NCBI RefSeq assembly: GCF_006345805.1 | Contig: NC_043010.1 | Coordinates: forward strand, 67,394,001-67,458,000 | From: Octopus sinensis | Taxonomy: Eukaryota | DNA length: 64,000 nucleotides | Direction of reading: 5' to 3' | Shown here: piece by piece, positions 12,599 to 24,569 of the stretch | Layout of the letters: every line of letters begins with the position of its first letter | Numbering within the stretch: position 1 is the stretch's first letter | Position numbers and translations under genes: made by a program | The notes under the pieces: generated by a model | Seen by the model: the letters and a program-made list of their open reading frames with translations, nothing else | What the model was told of the DNA's origin: nothing | Database searches by the model: none

Positions 12599-13011
12599 TT
12601 TACTCTTTACTCTTTTACTTGTTTCAGTCATTTTGACTGCGGCCATGCTGGAGCACCGCCTTTAATCGAGCAACTCGACCCCGGGACTTATTCTTTTGTA
12701 AGCCCAGTACTTATTCTATCGGTCTCTTTTGCCGAACCGCTAAGTAACGGGGACATAAACACACCAGCATCAGTTGTCAAGCAATGCTAGGGGGACAAAC
12801 ACAGACACACAAACATAGACACGCATATATATATATATACATATATACGACGGGCTTCTTTCAGTTTCCGTCTACCAAATCCACTCACAAGGCTTTGGTC
12901 GGCCCGAGGCTATAGTAGAAGACACTTGCCCAAGATGCCATGCAGTGGGACTGAACCCGGAACCATGTGGTTGGTAAACAAGCTACTTACCACACAGCCA
13001 CGCCTGCGCCT
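12595..13011 (-). mobile_element. SINE family A, full length, little diverged
   Basis: Complete head-to-tail match to the other copies, with CpGs retained. Confidence 0.9.
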
Positions 13012-13454
13012 ATTATATATATAATATATATATATATTATATTTACCAAGTAGTTCAGTATGTTAAAAGTTTGGTATGTTTGTTGAGTATTGTTGTCTGG
13101 GAGATTTTCTTATGGTAGAGAAATAGCTAGTTTTAACTGCTATTTCTAAATTTCAGTATGTGGTAAAGCAAATTCTTTTGCCGAACCCTAATTATAATTA
13201 TACTCATAATTATAAAAATTTTATATATATATATATATTGATAAAAGGTGTTTTTTTCTAATTTTTATATATAAATAATATATATATATATATATTTATG
13301 CATATATACATACGTATATGTACATACTTACATCTATACATATATATAAGCATATGTGGGCACAGGATGTCATGAAATGTGTGCAACAAAAAAATATCTA
13401 TTTATCAATCAATTGATCAATCTATCTGTCTGTCTATCTGTATATATATATAGT

Positions 13455-13660
13455 TAATCCAAACAAGAAAACACGAAAAAAAACACAGCAACGCGAGGAC
13501 GTGGAACAAATAAAGTATTATTAGACGCTCAGGAAAGAAGGGAAGGAGGGTTTAACGTTTCGAGCGGAGCTCTTTGTCAGAAACAAAGGAGAAGGAAAGA
13601 TCCTGAGAAGGGAAGACAGGAAAAAAAATTTGCTGGCGGTGCTCACGAGGTCACATATAT
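13455..13660 (-). mobile_element. Penelope-like terminus with minimal hammerhead motif (13550-13584)
   Basis: GTTT-CTGACAA-A-GAGC-TCC-GCTC-GAAAC-GTT-AAAC. Homologous to the 10940 and 58670 copies. Confidence 0.7.
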
Positions 13661-13911
13661 TCTTTTACTATCTTCATCATCATCATCATCGTTTAACGTC
13701 CGTTTTCCGTGCTAGCATGGGTTGTGGCCATGCTGGAACAACACCTTGATGGGTTTTAGTTGAGTAAATCCACCCCAGGACTTATTTTTTTAAACCAAGA
13801 ACTATTCTATTGTCTTTTTTTGTTTTTTTATTTTTTTTGCTGAACAGCTAAGTTACAAGGATGTAAACACACCAACACCGGTTATGTCTAAGCAAACAAA
13901 GCTGACCATAG

Positions 13912-14111
13912 TTACTCAATAACAATAAATGAAGATTTATCTTTTTTTAGCAAAACACTGACTGGAATAGAAGAGAAGACTTCAAGATTCAAACCATCAT
14001 GATTAAAAAAAAAAAAATCAGATGAGGTTTCTTTTTCTTTTTCCTGTCCATGCGACAGTCTTCCAGTGTCCGGTTTAGGAAATGAAATGCATAAACTAAG
14101 CATTGAGGATG
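13912..14111 (-). CDS. Candidate terminal coding exon of an unidentified minus-strand gene
   Basis: Strong acceptor CCTTCCTTTTGTACTTTAAG| and a phase-1 open frame of 65 codons to TAA (SSMLSLCISFPKPDTG...FIVIE*). No homology recognised. Confidence 0.35.
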
Positions 14112-14731
14112 CTTAAAGTACAAAAGGAAGGTGACTGTTGACAGACAGGAATTAACTACTTTATTCCAGCTCCGGGCAATTTTCTCACCAAAATTTAGTC
14201 AGAATTTTTAGGTTCAACCTATATTCTGACTAAACAGAAGTGATCTTTGATCAACCATCTTAACATTACAATCATTCATAACTGAATCACGGAAATGCTA
14301 TCTACTATTCTAAAGTACTGTGTACTATTACATCCCATTATGTAACATACGTACGTGCATGCTGTCGTTCCCACAACTAAAAATTTTCTGAAATAGTTAT
14401 TTATAGAGATATTAGACGTTATTAGACGTTATGATTGGCTAAAAGATTATCCTGCTCACAAAAGAGATAGAATGATAAGATGTGGTGTTGTTGTTGTTGT
14501 TGGTTCTGATATATGATGGGATGAAGAACTAATTGGACCCGGAGCTGACAGCAGTATACTGCAAATGGTGATTGGATAATTGTGGTGTGAGTGATTGTAT
14601 TATTGTAATCCGGGTGATATCAATAATGTAAATGATATCCACGTTGAAACTATTAATGCTTTATATTGTTCGTCAGTCCTCAGTCAAATCGTTCAACCCA
14701 TGCTAGCATGGAAAGCGGACGTTAAACGATG

Positions 14732-14782
<51 letters not shown>

Positions 14783-15035
14783 GTGATGATGATTTATAGT
14801 CATTGTTGCTGTTTAGCTTCAATTCCTCATGTATTTCCTGATTATGATATCTGATCAGGAGCACAGTGTAACTAGGACTATGCTTTTCAATGTGCTTAGC
14901 AAATTGGTAGAATCAGTAACACATTGGACAAAGTTCTAAGTGGCATTTCTTCTGGATCTTTACATTCTGAGTTCAAATTCTGCTGAGGTCCAACATTGCC
15001 TTTCTTCCCTTTCGGGTTGATAAAATAGAGTTTAT

Positions 15036-15428
15036 AGGTGCAGGAGCGACTGTGTAATAAGTAGCTTGCTTACCAACCACATGGTTCTGGGTTCAGTCCC
15101 ACTGCATGGCACCTTGGGAAAATGTCTTCTACTATAGCCTCAGGTCAACCAAAGCCTTGTGAGTGGATTTGGTAGATGGAAACTGAAAGAAGCCTGTCAT
15201 ATGTGTGTGTGTGTGTGTGCGTGTTTGTCCCTTCACCATTGCTTGATAACCAATGTTAGTGTGTTTACATCCCCATAACTTAACGGTTTGGCAAAATTGA
15301 CCGATAGAATAAGTACTAGGCTTATAAAGAATAAGTCCTGGGGTCGATTTGCTTAACTAAAGGTGGTGCTCCAGCATGGCCACAGTCAAATGACTGAAAC
15401 AAATAAAAGAATAAGAGAACAAAAGAAT
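15036..15428 (+). mobile_element. SINE family A, full length, plus orientation
   Basis: Head at 15036, tail ...GAAACAAATAAAAGAATA. Confidence 0.9.
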
Positions 15429-16599
15429 ACTAGTCAAGGGTTGATGTAATCGACTTGTCTCCTCAGGCAATGGACTGGAATCCCATTCAGTGGGAGCGTT
15501 GTGATCTTGAGCCTTATGGACCCTAGAGTATAAGAAAAACAATAATAAAAAAAAAAGGAATGATATGAGGGAGATTAGGCTGTTACTTCTTGGAAATGAA
15601 GTGACTGCATATACTTCCTTCGTTGGCTCATATAGCTGTTGATAGTGAATGTATTTGAGGTGGGGATGATAAAATAAGGGTAACAACAACAAACGTGTAA
15701 TTCTTAAAGATGATGTTAATAAAAAATATCACTATCATTTGTTTGTTGCTGTTGTTTAACCCCAGGAAAGCTCTGCTTGAAACGAACTCTTATTTAAGGC
15801 AGTCCAATGGTGACCATTCTCTTCCTCTTTTTATTCTTTTTTTTTATCCCTAAACATAGGATATCTCTGACTAAATTAACCAATTTTCTTTTTTTAGCTT
15901 GGTAGGATGTGATTTGATGGGAGAGGTTTTGCTGCCATTTCTAGCAGATCAAGCAATCATGTAGAAGCTCTCATTGGTTTGTGGGAATTATGGTATCACA
16001 ACACCAGTGTTTAGACAAGATATTTATAGATAAACTCAATAAATCAATGTATTTATGCACATTAAGGACCTGTGACCTGTTGGCTTACAGATAGTAGTGG
16101 TGGTGGTGGTGGTGGTGGTGGTAGGAGTTGCAGTGAGAATTACATGGAAAGATGAGAAAATATTGAATTATGTTGTTTTCTTTTTTTTACCAAAATAAGA
16201 GAAGAGAATTAGCTGCAACCAGCAAGCCAAACTGGGTTGCAAATTTTTACCTTCACCCCAACCATCACCACAGCCATCACCACCACCACCAACACACTAT
16301 TAATTGTGACTACAAGACAAGGGGTAGAAAGAATTCACTCATTGATATAACAGTATTTGCACAAACCAATGAGAGGGGTTAAGTTGATTACATCAGCTGG
16401 TACTTATTTTATTGACCCTGAAAGAATGAACGGCAAAGTTGACCTTGGCAGAATTTGAACTCAGAACATAAAGACAAATGAAATGTTGCTAAACATTTTG
16501 CCTGGTGTGCTAATGATTCTGCCAGCTCACCGCTTTATTAATAATAATAATGATAATAATAATGATAATAATAATAATAATAATAATAATAATCATCAT

Positions 16600-17182
16600 C
16601 CTTTCTACTATAAGCACAAGGCCTGAAATGTGGGGGGTTGTGGACTAGTTGATTACATCAACCCCAGTACTCAACTGATTCTTAATTTATTGACCCCGAA
16701 AGGATGAAAGGCAAAGTCGACCTCAGCAGAATTTGAACTCAGAACGTAGCGGCAGACGAAATATCTATTTCTTTACTACCCACAAGGGGCTAAACACAGA
16801 GAGGACAAACAAGGACAGACAAACGGATTAAGTCGATTATATCGACCCCAGTGCATAACTGGTACTTATATAATCGACCCCGAAAGGATGAAAAGGCAAA
16901 GTCAACCTCGGCGGAATTTGAACTCAGAACGTAAGGCAGACGAAATACCTATTTCTTTACTACCCACAAGGGGCTAAACACAGAGAGGACAAATAAGGAC
17001 AGACAAACGGATAAAGTCGATTATATCAACCCCCAGTATGTAACTGGTACTTATTTAATCAACCCTGAAAGGATGAAAGGCAAAGTCAAATTTCGGCGGA
17101 ATTTGAACTCAGAACGTAGCGGCAGACGAAATACCTCTAAGCATTTCATCTGGCATGCTAATGATTCTGCCAGCTCACCACC
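16600..17182 (-). mobile_element. SINE family C with an internal unit of about 184 bp repeated about 2.6 times
   Basis: ATC(G/A)ACCCCAGT starts at 16657, 16841 and 17025. Confidence 0.85.
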
Positions 17183-17277
17183 ATAATGATGATGATGATG
17201 ATGATAATAACAACAACAATAATAATAACAACAATAACAATAACAATGACAATAATAATAAAAGCATTTTTCATAAC

Positions 17278-17344
17278 TGCACAAGCAGTTGATGTAAAGA
17301 AACTAGCATGGTGCCGCCAGAAGTTTTCTATATTGCGCACAAAT
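17278..17344 (-). CDS. Candidate internal exon (FVRNIENFWRHHASFFTSTACA), phase 2 to 0
   Basis: AG|...|GTTATG, open frame, phase-compatible with the 24345-24549 candidate. Splice sites are weak. Confidence 0.25.
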
Positions 17345-17736
17345 CTTTATAAATATGATGTTATTTAGGAAGTTTACTGTAATATTTATTACAGTGCTGC
17401 CTGCATCTGTGGGTTGTGAAAAGGTTAACCTACTGACAAAATTTTCAACTAAAACAATTACGTGTATACGCCACTATGCAGAGTTATAAACATGTTATAA
17501 CTGGTGTGTCAACACATTTTTGAAATTTTTTTTCTTGCGGAGGTTGTCTTCTTTATCTTTCTTTAGTTTAATTAAGCATTGTTCAACAATATTTACCTCT
17601 TCTCGTTACACTTGATTAATTAACAGCATTAGTGTCTTGGCACTAACTTTTTCTTTAAAAAGACTCAACTTACAAATAACATGATATATAGCTAGTAGTA
17701 GTGGTGGTGGTGGCAGCAGCGGTAGCAGCAGCAGTG

Positions 17737-17775
<39 letters not shown>

Positions 17776-18015
17776 TGGTGGTGATATGAATGTATGCAAA
17801 GTGATGCTGACAAGGATGTAAAACATGCTGATACCCAATAGTAAGAATTTTGTTGTAAAAGAGGATGGTAATGATGACGACAACAGCAATGACAAAGACA
17901 ATGACAATAATAAGGATATTGATATCAAAGACGTGACAATAAAATTATGAAGAAGGAGCTTTCAGGTTGCCTAGATGGTGTTTATACATCAGGTTCACAA
18001 AACCTGATGTTATGT

Positions 18016-18808
18016 TACTCTTTTATTCTTCTATTTGTTTCAGTCATTTCACTATGGCCATGCAGGAGCACCGCCTTTAGTTGAGCAAATTGACCCCAGG
18101 ACATATTCTTTGTAAGCCTAGTACTTATTCTATTGGTCTATTTTGCTGAACTGCTAAGTTACAGGGACGTAAACACACCAGCATCAGTTATCAAGTGATG
18201 TCAGGGGAACAAACATAGACACACAAACATATACACACACCTACATATATATATATATATATGCAACGGGCTTCTTTCAGTTTCCGCCTACCAAATCCAC
18301 TCACAAGGCTTTGGTCGGCCTGAGGCTATAGTAGAAGACACTTGCCCAAGGTGCCACGCAGTGGGACTGAACCCAGAACCATGTGGTTCATAAGCGAGCT
18401 ACTTAACACACAGCCGCTCCTACGCCTCTTTTACTTTTTTACTTGCTTCAGTCATTTGACTGTGGCCATGCTGCAGCTCTGCCTTTAGTTGACTCCTGGA
18501 CTTATTCTTTGTAAGTCTAGTACTTATTCTATCAGTCTCTTTTGCCGAACTGCTAAGTTACGGGGACATAAACACACCAGCATCAGTTGTCAAGCGATGT
18601 TGTGGGGGGGGGGAGAAACACAGACACAAACATATACACATATACGATGGGCTTATTTCAGCTTCCATCTACCAAATCCACTCACAAGGCTTTGGTTGGC
18701 TCGAGGCTATAGTAGAAAACACTTGCCCAAGGTGCCACGCAGTGGGACTGAACCCGGAACCATGTGGTTGGTAAGCAAGCTACTTACCACGCAGTCACTC
18801 CTACGCCT
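18016..18808 (-). mobile_element. Two SINE family A copies directly head-to-tail
   Basis: Complete copies at 18016-18427 and 18428-18808 with no spacer. Confidence 0.9.
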
Positions 18809-18978
18809 GTGGAAAATTCTAAACTGTATCAGAGTAAGTCACACCATTTTATACTTGATTTTGACTCCACCAAAAACTGGGGTGTAACTTATACACAGGA
18901 CAAAACTAAAACTATGAAGAGGAAAAAATTTGGTACCAAGAGTTAAATCTAAATTAGGGGTGCAACTTATTCAAGAGT

Positions 18979-19009
<31 letters not shown>

Positions 19010-19097
19010 AAGTGATCTAAGAGTCCATAAGCCAGGAAAAAATGCACTCATATATTTGACAATAGAGTTGGTATATTAACCAAAGTGTACAGTATTA

Positions 19098-19342
19098 CAC
19101 AGGGTGTTCAAAAAGTCTCTCAGCAGTGAATTTTTTTTTCATCCTGTGCATCACCATAGTGCTACTTCAAGAGTTTTTTGGTGAACGGATTATTTCGAAG
19201 GGACTTTGGCCACCAAGTTCACCTGATTTAACACTGCCACCCATTTTTTTTTTTTCTGGGGAGCAAGTAAAGGATTAGTGTACAAGAATCGCCCGAAAAC
19301 CATTGAATACCAACTGCAGAGAGACTTTTTGAACACCCTACG
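19098..19342 (+). mobile_element. Tc1/mariner deletion derivative (rosa/DD41D-like C-terminal motif)
   Basis: TIRs AGGGTGTTCAAAAAGTCTCTC / GAGAGACTTTTTGAACACCCT with TA flanks. The interior encodes GERIISKGLWPPSSPDLT...VYKNRPKTIE in broken frames. Confidence 0.75.
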
Positions 19343-19365
19343 TATATATATATATATATATATAT

Positions 19366-19718
19366 AATACTGTGTGCTTTGATTAATGTGTGTGTGTGTA
19401 TGTGTGTGAGAGAGATAGAGAGTGCGTGTCTACTTAAATTGTTTTAATCAAGGATTCTCTCCCCTTTAATTGCAAATTCACCACCAAAGTCAAACCATTT
19501 GTGTGTGTGTGTGTGATTACTTGTATCAGTCGTTGAACCATAGTCATGCTGGGGCCCTGCCTTGAAGGGTTTAGTGAAACAAATCGGCTCCAGTACTTAT
19601 CATTTTAAAGTCTGGTACTTATTCTACCAGTTCCACACACACTCATATGTATACACACACATACCTTGCACAAGGTACCACACAGTGGGACTGAACCCGG
19701 AACCATGTGGTTGGGAAG

Positions 19719-19753
<35 letters not shown>

Positions 19754-20110
19754 TATATATAATACTGTGTGCTTTGATTAATGTGCGTGTGTGTATGTGT
19801 GTGAGAGAGATAGAGAGTGCGTGTCTACTTAAATTGTTTTAATCAAGGATTCTCTCCCCTTTAATTGCAAATTCACCACCAAAGTCAAACCATTTGTGTG
19901 TGTGTGTGTGATTACTTGTATCAGTCGTTGAACCATAGTCATGCTGGGGCCCTGCCTTGAAGGGTTTAGTGAACAAATCGGCTCCAGTACTTATCATTTT
20001 AAGTCTGGTACTTATTCTACCAGTTCCACACACACTCATGCGTATACACACACATACCTTGCACAAGGTACCACACAGTGGGACTGAACCCGGAACCATG
20101 TGGTTGGGAA

Positions 20111-20113
<3 letters not shown>
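19366..20113. repeat. Near-perfect direct duplication of about 355 bp separated by (TA)n
   Basis: 19366-19720 matches 19761-20113 with a few small differences. Confidence 0.95.
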
Positions 20114-20153
<40 letters not shown>

Positions 20154-20154
<1 letters not shown>

Positions 20155-20408
20155 TAGCAGAGGCACCTGGCATTGCCCAGAAATGAAATTTTTCCTTACA
20201 TATTGGAAGAAAAAAGCAAAATATGTTGTATAGAAAGTTGTTATTCTAAATTCAATTTATTCTTCAATTGGGATACAATTTAAAACGAAGACCCTATTAT
20301 ATGTCCGAATTAAAATTATTCATGCATCACAAGTATGGAAGTAATTGGTGAAGCTGTTTTCGCATGAAAATGAATACACACACATCTCTATTTTATATAT
20401 TAGATAGA
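20154..20408 (-). mobile_element. Short non-autonomous Helitron-like element
   Basis: Minus strand starts A|TC and ends CTAG|T, with a GC-rich hairpin remnant (GGGCAATGCCAGG) just upstream of the CTAG. Confidence 0.5.
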
Positions 20409-20412
20409 TTTG

Positions 20413-20597
20413 TAATAGTATAAAATACAATTGTTATTACGGGCACAGAGGCTTCTGTGTCTATATGGTGAAGATAGACACTAAATCCGTCTAACCACTC
20501 CAAATTAGGAAGTGATTAGACGGATTTAATGTCCATCTTCAGCATATAGTCACAGAAGCCTTTATGCCCTTAATTATAATTATATTTTATACTATTA
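20413..20597. mobile_element. Fold-back MITE-like element
   Basis: Imperfect arms of about 85 bp (TAATAGTATAAAATA...GACGGATTTA / TAAATCCGTC...TATTTTATACTATTA). Confidence 0.6.
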
Positions 20598-20719
20598 TAA
20601 ATCTCTATATATGAATTTACCTAAATAGGTCTATTCCATATGCTGGCCACTGATAAATTTTTTTATGATTTTATCCTTTAATTATATATATTATATTATA
20701 TATATATATTACATATATA

Positions 20720-21111
20720 TCTTTATATAGAGAGGTTGTATGCTGTCTGTCTCCTACGATTTATATTCCTAACTACTCCCACATTTTGCGGTGCAGTTTA
20801 ACCAAAATCGGGTATCTTATAGTCGTGATTCATATCGAGCCCTTCTGGGTATTAGCGCGCGTCTACAATGAGTCTACGATTTAAAAAAATTTTACCATCA
20901 ATTTTTCCCATTTTTAATGCATTTTTGGCATATATAAAGGAAGTAACTCTCTAAAAATTTATTATTAAATCTCAGAACGTAAAAAGCTACAGTAAACCCC
21001 CCCCCCTTTGTGGTTAGCCATATTGAGATGACTATTATACTTTACATCTCTAAAAATGCTTATATAGTTATTTCCCTTACAAACCCGAGCAACGCCAGGC
21101 GATACTGCTAG
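20720..21111 (+). mobile_element. Non-autonomous Helitron
   Basis: A|TC start, hairpin CCCGAGCAACGCCAGG, CTAG|T end. The last 70 bp or so are shared with the 42556 copy. Confidence 0.75.
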
Positions 21112-21299
21112 TTATATATATATATGATATGTGATGGGTTTCTTTCTGTTTTCATCCACCAGATCCACTCACAAGGCTTTAACTGGCCTGTGGCTATAGT
21201 ATTAGACACTTGACTAAAGTGCCACACAATGGAACTGAACCCAGAACCATTGGGTTGAAAATGCATTTATATTCATATTGTGTGTAAATCTTATCATCC

Positions 21300-21686
21300 A
21301 TTTTATACTTTTACTTGTTTTGGTCATTTGACTGCAGCCATGCTGGAGCACCACCTTTAGTTGAGCAAATTGACCCCAGCACTTATCCTTTCTAAGCCTA
21401 GTACTTATTCTATCGGTTCTCTTTCGCTGAACCGCTAGGTTACGGGGATCTAAACGCACCAGCATCGGTTGTCAAGCGATGTGGGGTGGGTGGGGGTGGA
21501 CACACACACACACACATATATATGACGGGCTTCTTTCAGTTTCCATCTGCCAAATCCACTCACAAGGCTTTAGTCGGTCCGAGGCTATTGTAGAAGACAC
21601 TTGCCCGAGATGTCACGCAGTGGGACTGAACCCGGAATCATGTGGTTGGTAAGCAAGCTACTTACCACACAGCCACTCTTGCACCT
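21300..21686 (-). mobile_element. SINE family A, full length
   Basis: Complete match to the family. Confidence 0.9.
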
Positions 21687-22703
21687 AACCCTTTTAAGAA
21701 ATGTAGCTAACATTTACTTGGATTCTAGATTTTTACCATATTATTACTGCTGCTGCTGTTGTTACTGCTGCTGCTTCTGCTGCTAGTAGGACAGTAACTG
21801 CACTACTTATATATCCTGTTGTTAGTAAATTAACTCTTTCACCATGAAATATTTACTGTAACTGAATTATATACATAATGTACGTATTTTAAGAAAACTT
21901 CCTAGACAACAGAAAATTCTCAAGAATATCATCTCAAATCCCTGCGGTTGCTGTTATTTTTGAAGTTCAGTATACAACTAATTACTTTGTATGTATTGTA
22001 GTCTATGGGTGAACTTTTTTCCTACATCAAGGCTAATAGTTACATATAATATTGTTTTGGGTGGGTACTGAAAGGTAAGACAAGTCAATGACCCAGTTAG
22101 GATCCAGGTCACAGCTAAATCTCTTTGCTGAATAGCCTTGGGAAATGGTTGAAATGCTCAGTATACTCTTTCATCTTCCAAAATCACTTTACAAGCCGCG
22201 AGCAGTGAAGGGGAGCCTCTACATGGTTTTTGAACCCGCTAAAAATAGCAACGAATCATCCTCATAATGCATCTCATCATCTTAAAAGAAGGAAAGGCAT
22301 ATTGAATAATGATGTGGTTGAGGTCGACTTTGCCTTTCATCCTTTTGGGGTCGATTAAATAATACTAGTTATGCACTGGGGTCGATATAATTGACTTAAT
22401 TCGTGTGACTGTCTTTGTTTGTCTTCTCTGGGTTTAGCCCCTTGTGGGTAGTAAAGAAATAGGTTATAAATATAACTAACTGCCACTCTGTCAGTTACAA
22501 CAACGAGGGTTCCAGTTGATCCAATCAACAGAACAGCCAGCTCGTGAAATTAACATGCATATGGCTGAGCGATCTGCAAGTTAGAGAAGCAGAGGGTTGA
22601 CGGGCACTCTCTGTCTTCTCCCATCTTTATCATCCTGTATTATTATCATTTGCCTCATCAATGTCTTGTCCAGTCTGCAAAGCTACCCATCTTAGTACTG
22701 CCT

Positions 22704-23106
22704 CTCTCTTTACTCTTTTACTCTTTTATTTGTTTCAGTCATTTGACTGCGGCCATGGTGGAGCACCGCCTTTAATCGAGCAACTCGACCCCGGCACTTA
22801 TTCTTTGTAAGCCCAGTACTTATTCTATCGGTCTATTCTGCCGAACCGCTAAGTGACGGGGACATAAACACACCAGCATCGGTTGCCAAGCAATGCTAGG
22901 GGGACAAACACACTCACACAAACACACACACGCATATATATATACATATATATGACGGGCTTCTTTCAGTTTCCGTCTACCAAATCCACTCACAAGGCTT
23001 TGGTTGGCCCGAGGCTATAGTAGAAGACAATTGCCCAAGGTGTCACACAGTGGGACTGAACCCAAAACCATGTGGTTGGTAAACAAGCTACTTACCACAC
23101 AGCCAC
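22704..23106 (-). mobile_element. SINE family A, full length
   Basis: Complete match to the family. Confidence 0.9.
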
Positions 23107-23859
23107 TATGGCAAATTTGATAAAATAAAATAAAATAAAGTACGCATACTCTTAATGTAATTCTCAAGGAGATTCAGCGTAGCATAGGGTGGAACAAGGC
23201 TGGCCAGTTGAAATACAGGTACTATGGTACTAATCGTTTTTGCCAGAAGAGTGGACTGAAGCAACGTGAAATAAAGTGTCTTGCTCATTGACACAATGCA
23301 TTGCTGGGAATTGAACTCATGACCATGTGTTCAGTTAGGGTATTCACAACCGTAAATACCCTAACCATTAAGCCATGTGCCTTCATGGTTCTAGATATAC
23401 TAGCTTAGTAAAAAAAAATGGCAGGCAGCTCATTACTGGAATGCCTCTGCTCACAGGTTTAAGATAGTAGTATGTGATTAAAAAAGAGATTTGACAGCTA
23501 TTTCTAGCAGTTTGAATTACTACATACAGATTACTTTTTTAGTTGTTGAAATTTATGTATTCTTTTCGGTTTGGTCTGAAAGAACCCACACTAGCCTTCT
23601 AAGGACCAGTGAGGTTGATATAGCCAATGTCCCTCAGGAGTAAGGAGGAACAGTTCAAGAAACTGAGTTGACAAGTTCCTTTTATAGGATGTTTTCAAGG
23701 TTTCTGTTCCTAGAGTAGGGCATTCTAGTGTGAAATATCTAGTTTCCAAGTAGTTGATATATATGAGCAGAAAGTAAAGGAAGAATGAAGGATGGCATCC
23801 TCTGTGTGGTTAGTTTGAAGTAATGTAGAGAAAGTCATTAATAGGAAACATAATTGAAG

Positions 23860-24280
23860 GCGGCGGGCTGGTAGAAATGTTAGCACGCTGGGCGAAATGC
23901 TTAGCAGTATTTCGTCTGCCGTTACGTTCTGAGTTCAAATTCCGCCTAGGTTGACTTTGCCTTTCATCCTTTCGGGGTTGATAAATTAAGTACCAGTTAC
24001 ACACTGGGGGGGGGGGATGTAATCGACTTAATATCTATGTCTGTCCTTGTTTGTCCCCTCTATGTTTAGCCCCTTGTGGGTAGTAAAGAAATAGGTATTT
24101 TGTCTGCCATTATGTTCCGAGTTCAAATTCTGCCAAGGTCGACTTTGCCTTTCATCCTTTCAGGGTCGATAAATTAATTACCAGTTACGCACTGGGGTCA
24201 ATATAAACGACTTAATCCCTTTGTCTCCTTGTTTGTCCTTTCTATGTTTAGCCCCCACTGTGGGCAATAAAGAAATAAGA
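23860..24280 (+). mobile_element. SINE family C dimer with 14-bp target-site duplication
   Basis: AAACATAATTGAAG at 23846-23859 and 24281-24294. The internal unit is present twice. Confidence 0.9.
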
Positions 24281-24344
24281 AAACATAATTGAAGAAGAAG
24301 GTAGACTGTAGGGGACATGTTAAAATTTTGAAATTTACACTCAC

Positions 24345-24549
24345 ACAAGAACTGATCGAACACTTGGAGCAGTGGTCCTCAAATTGACAGATACGGCCAC
24401 CCCACCAAATATTAGTGGAATATTTTTGTCATATGTCCTCTCTTTATCAATAGGAAGAGAGAATAGACTTTGCACCCTGCATCTTTGTAATTTTTCTTTC
24501 TTCGCCATGGTATTGGACAAATTTAAAAAGTTAGAAAGTTGTAAACCAT
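24345..24549 (-). CDS. Candidate internal exon (GLQLSNFLNLSNTMAKKEKLQRCRVQSLFSLPIDKERTYDKNIPLIFGGVAVSVNLRTTAPSVRSVL), phase 1 to 2
   Basis: 67 open codons in non-repetitive DNA ending at |GTGAGT. The acceptor is weak. An internal ACCATGG is present. Confidence 0.4.
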
Positions 24550-24569
24550 CTTAATTTAGTAATCATAGT

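Noticed and set aside
13950-14115. Plus-strand terminal exon QNTDWNRREDF...KLSIEDA*
   Set aside because: It needs a 1-nt change in the A13 run and is the codon-aligned antisense of the better-supported minus-strand candidate.
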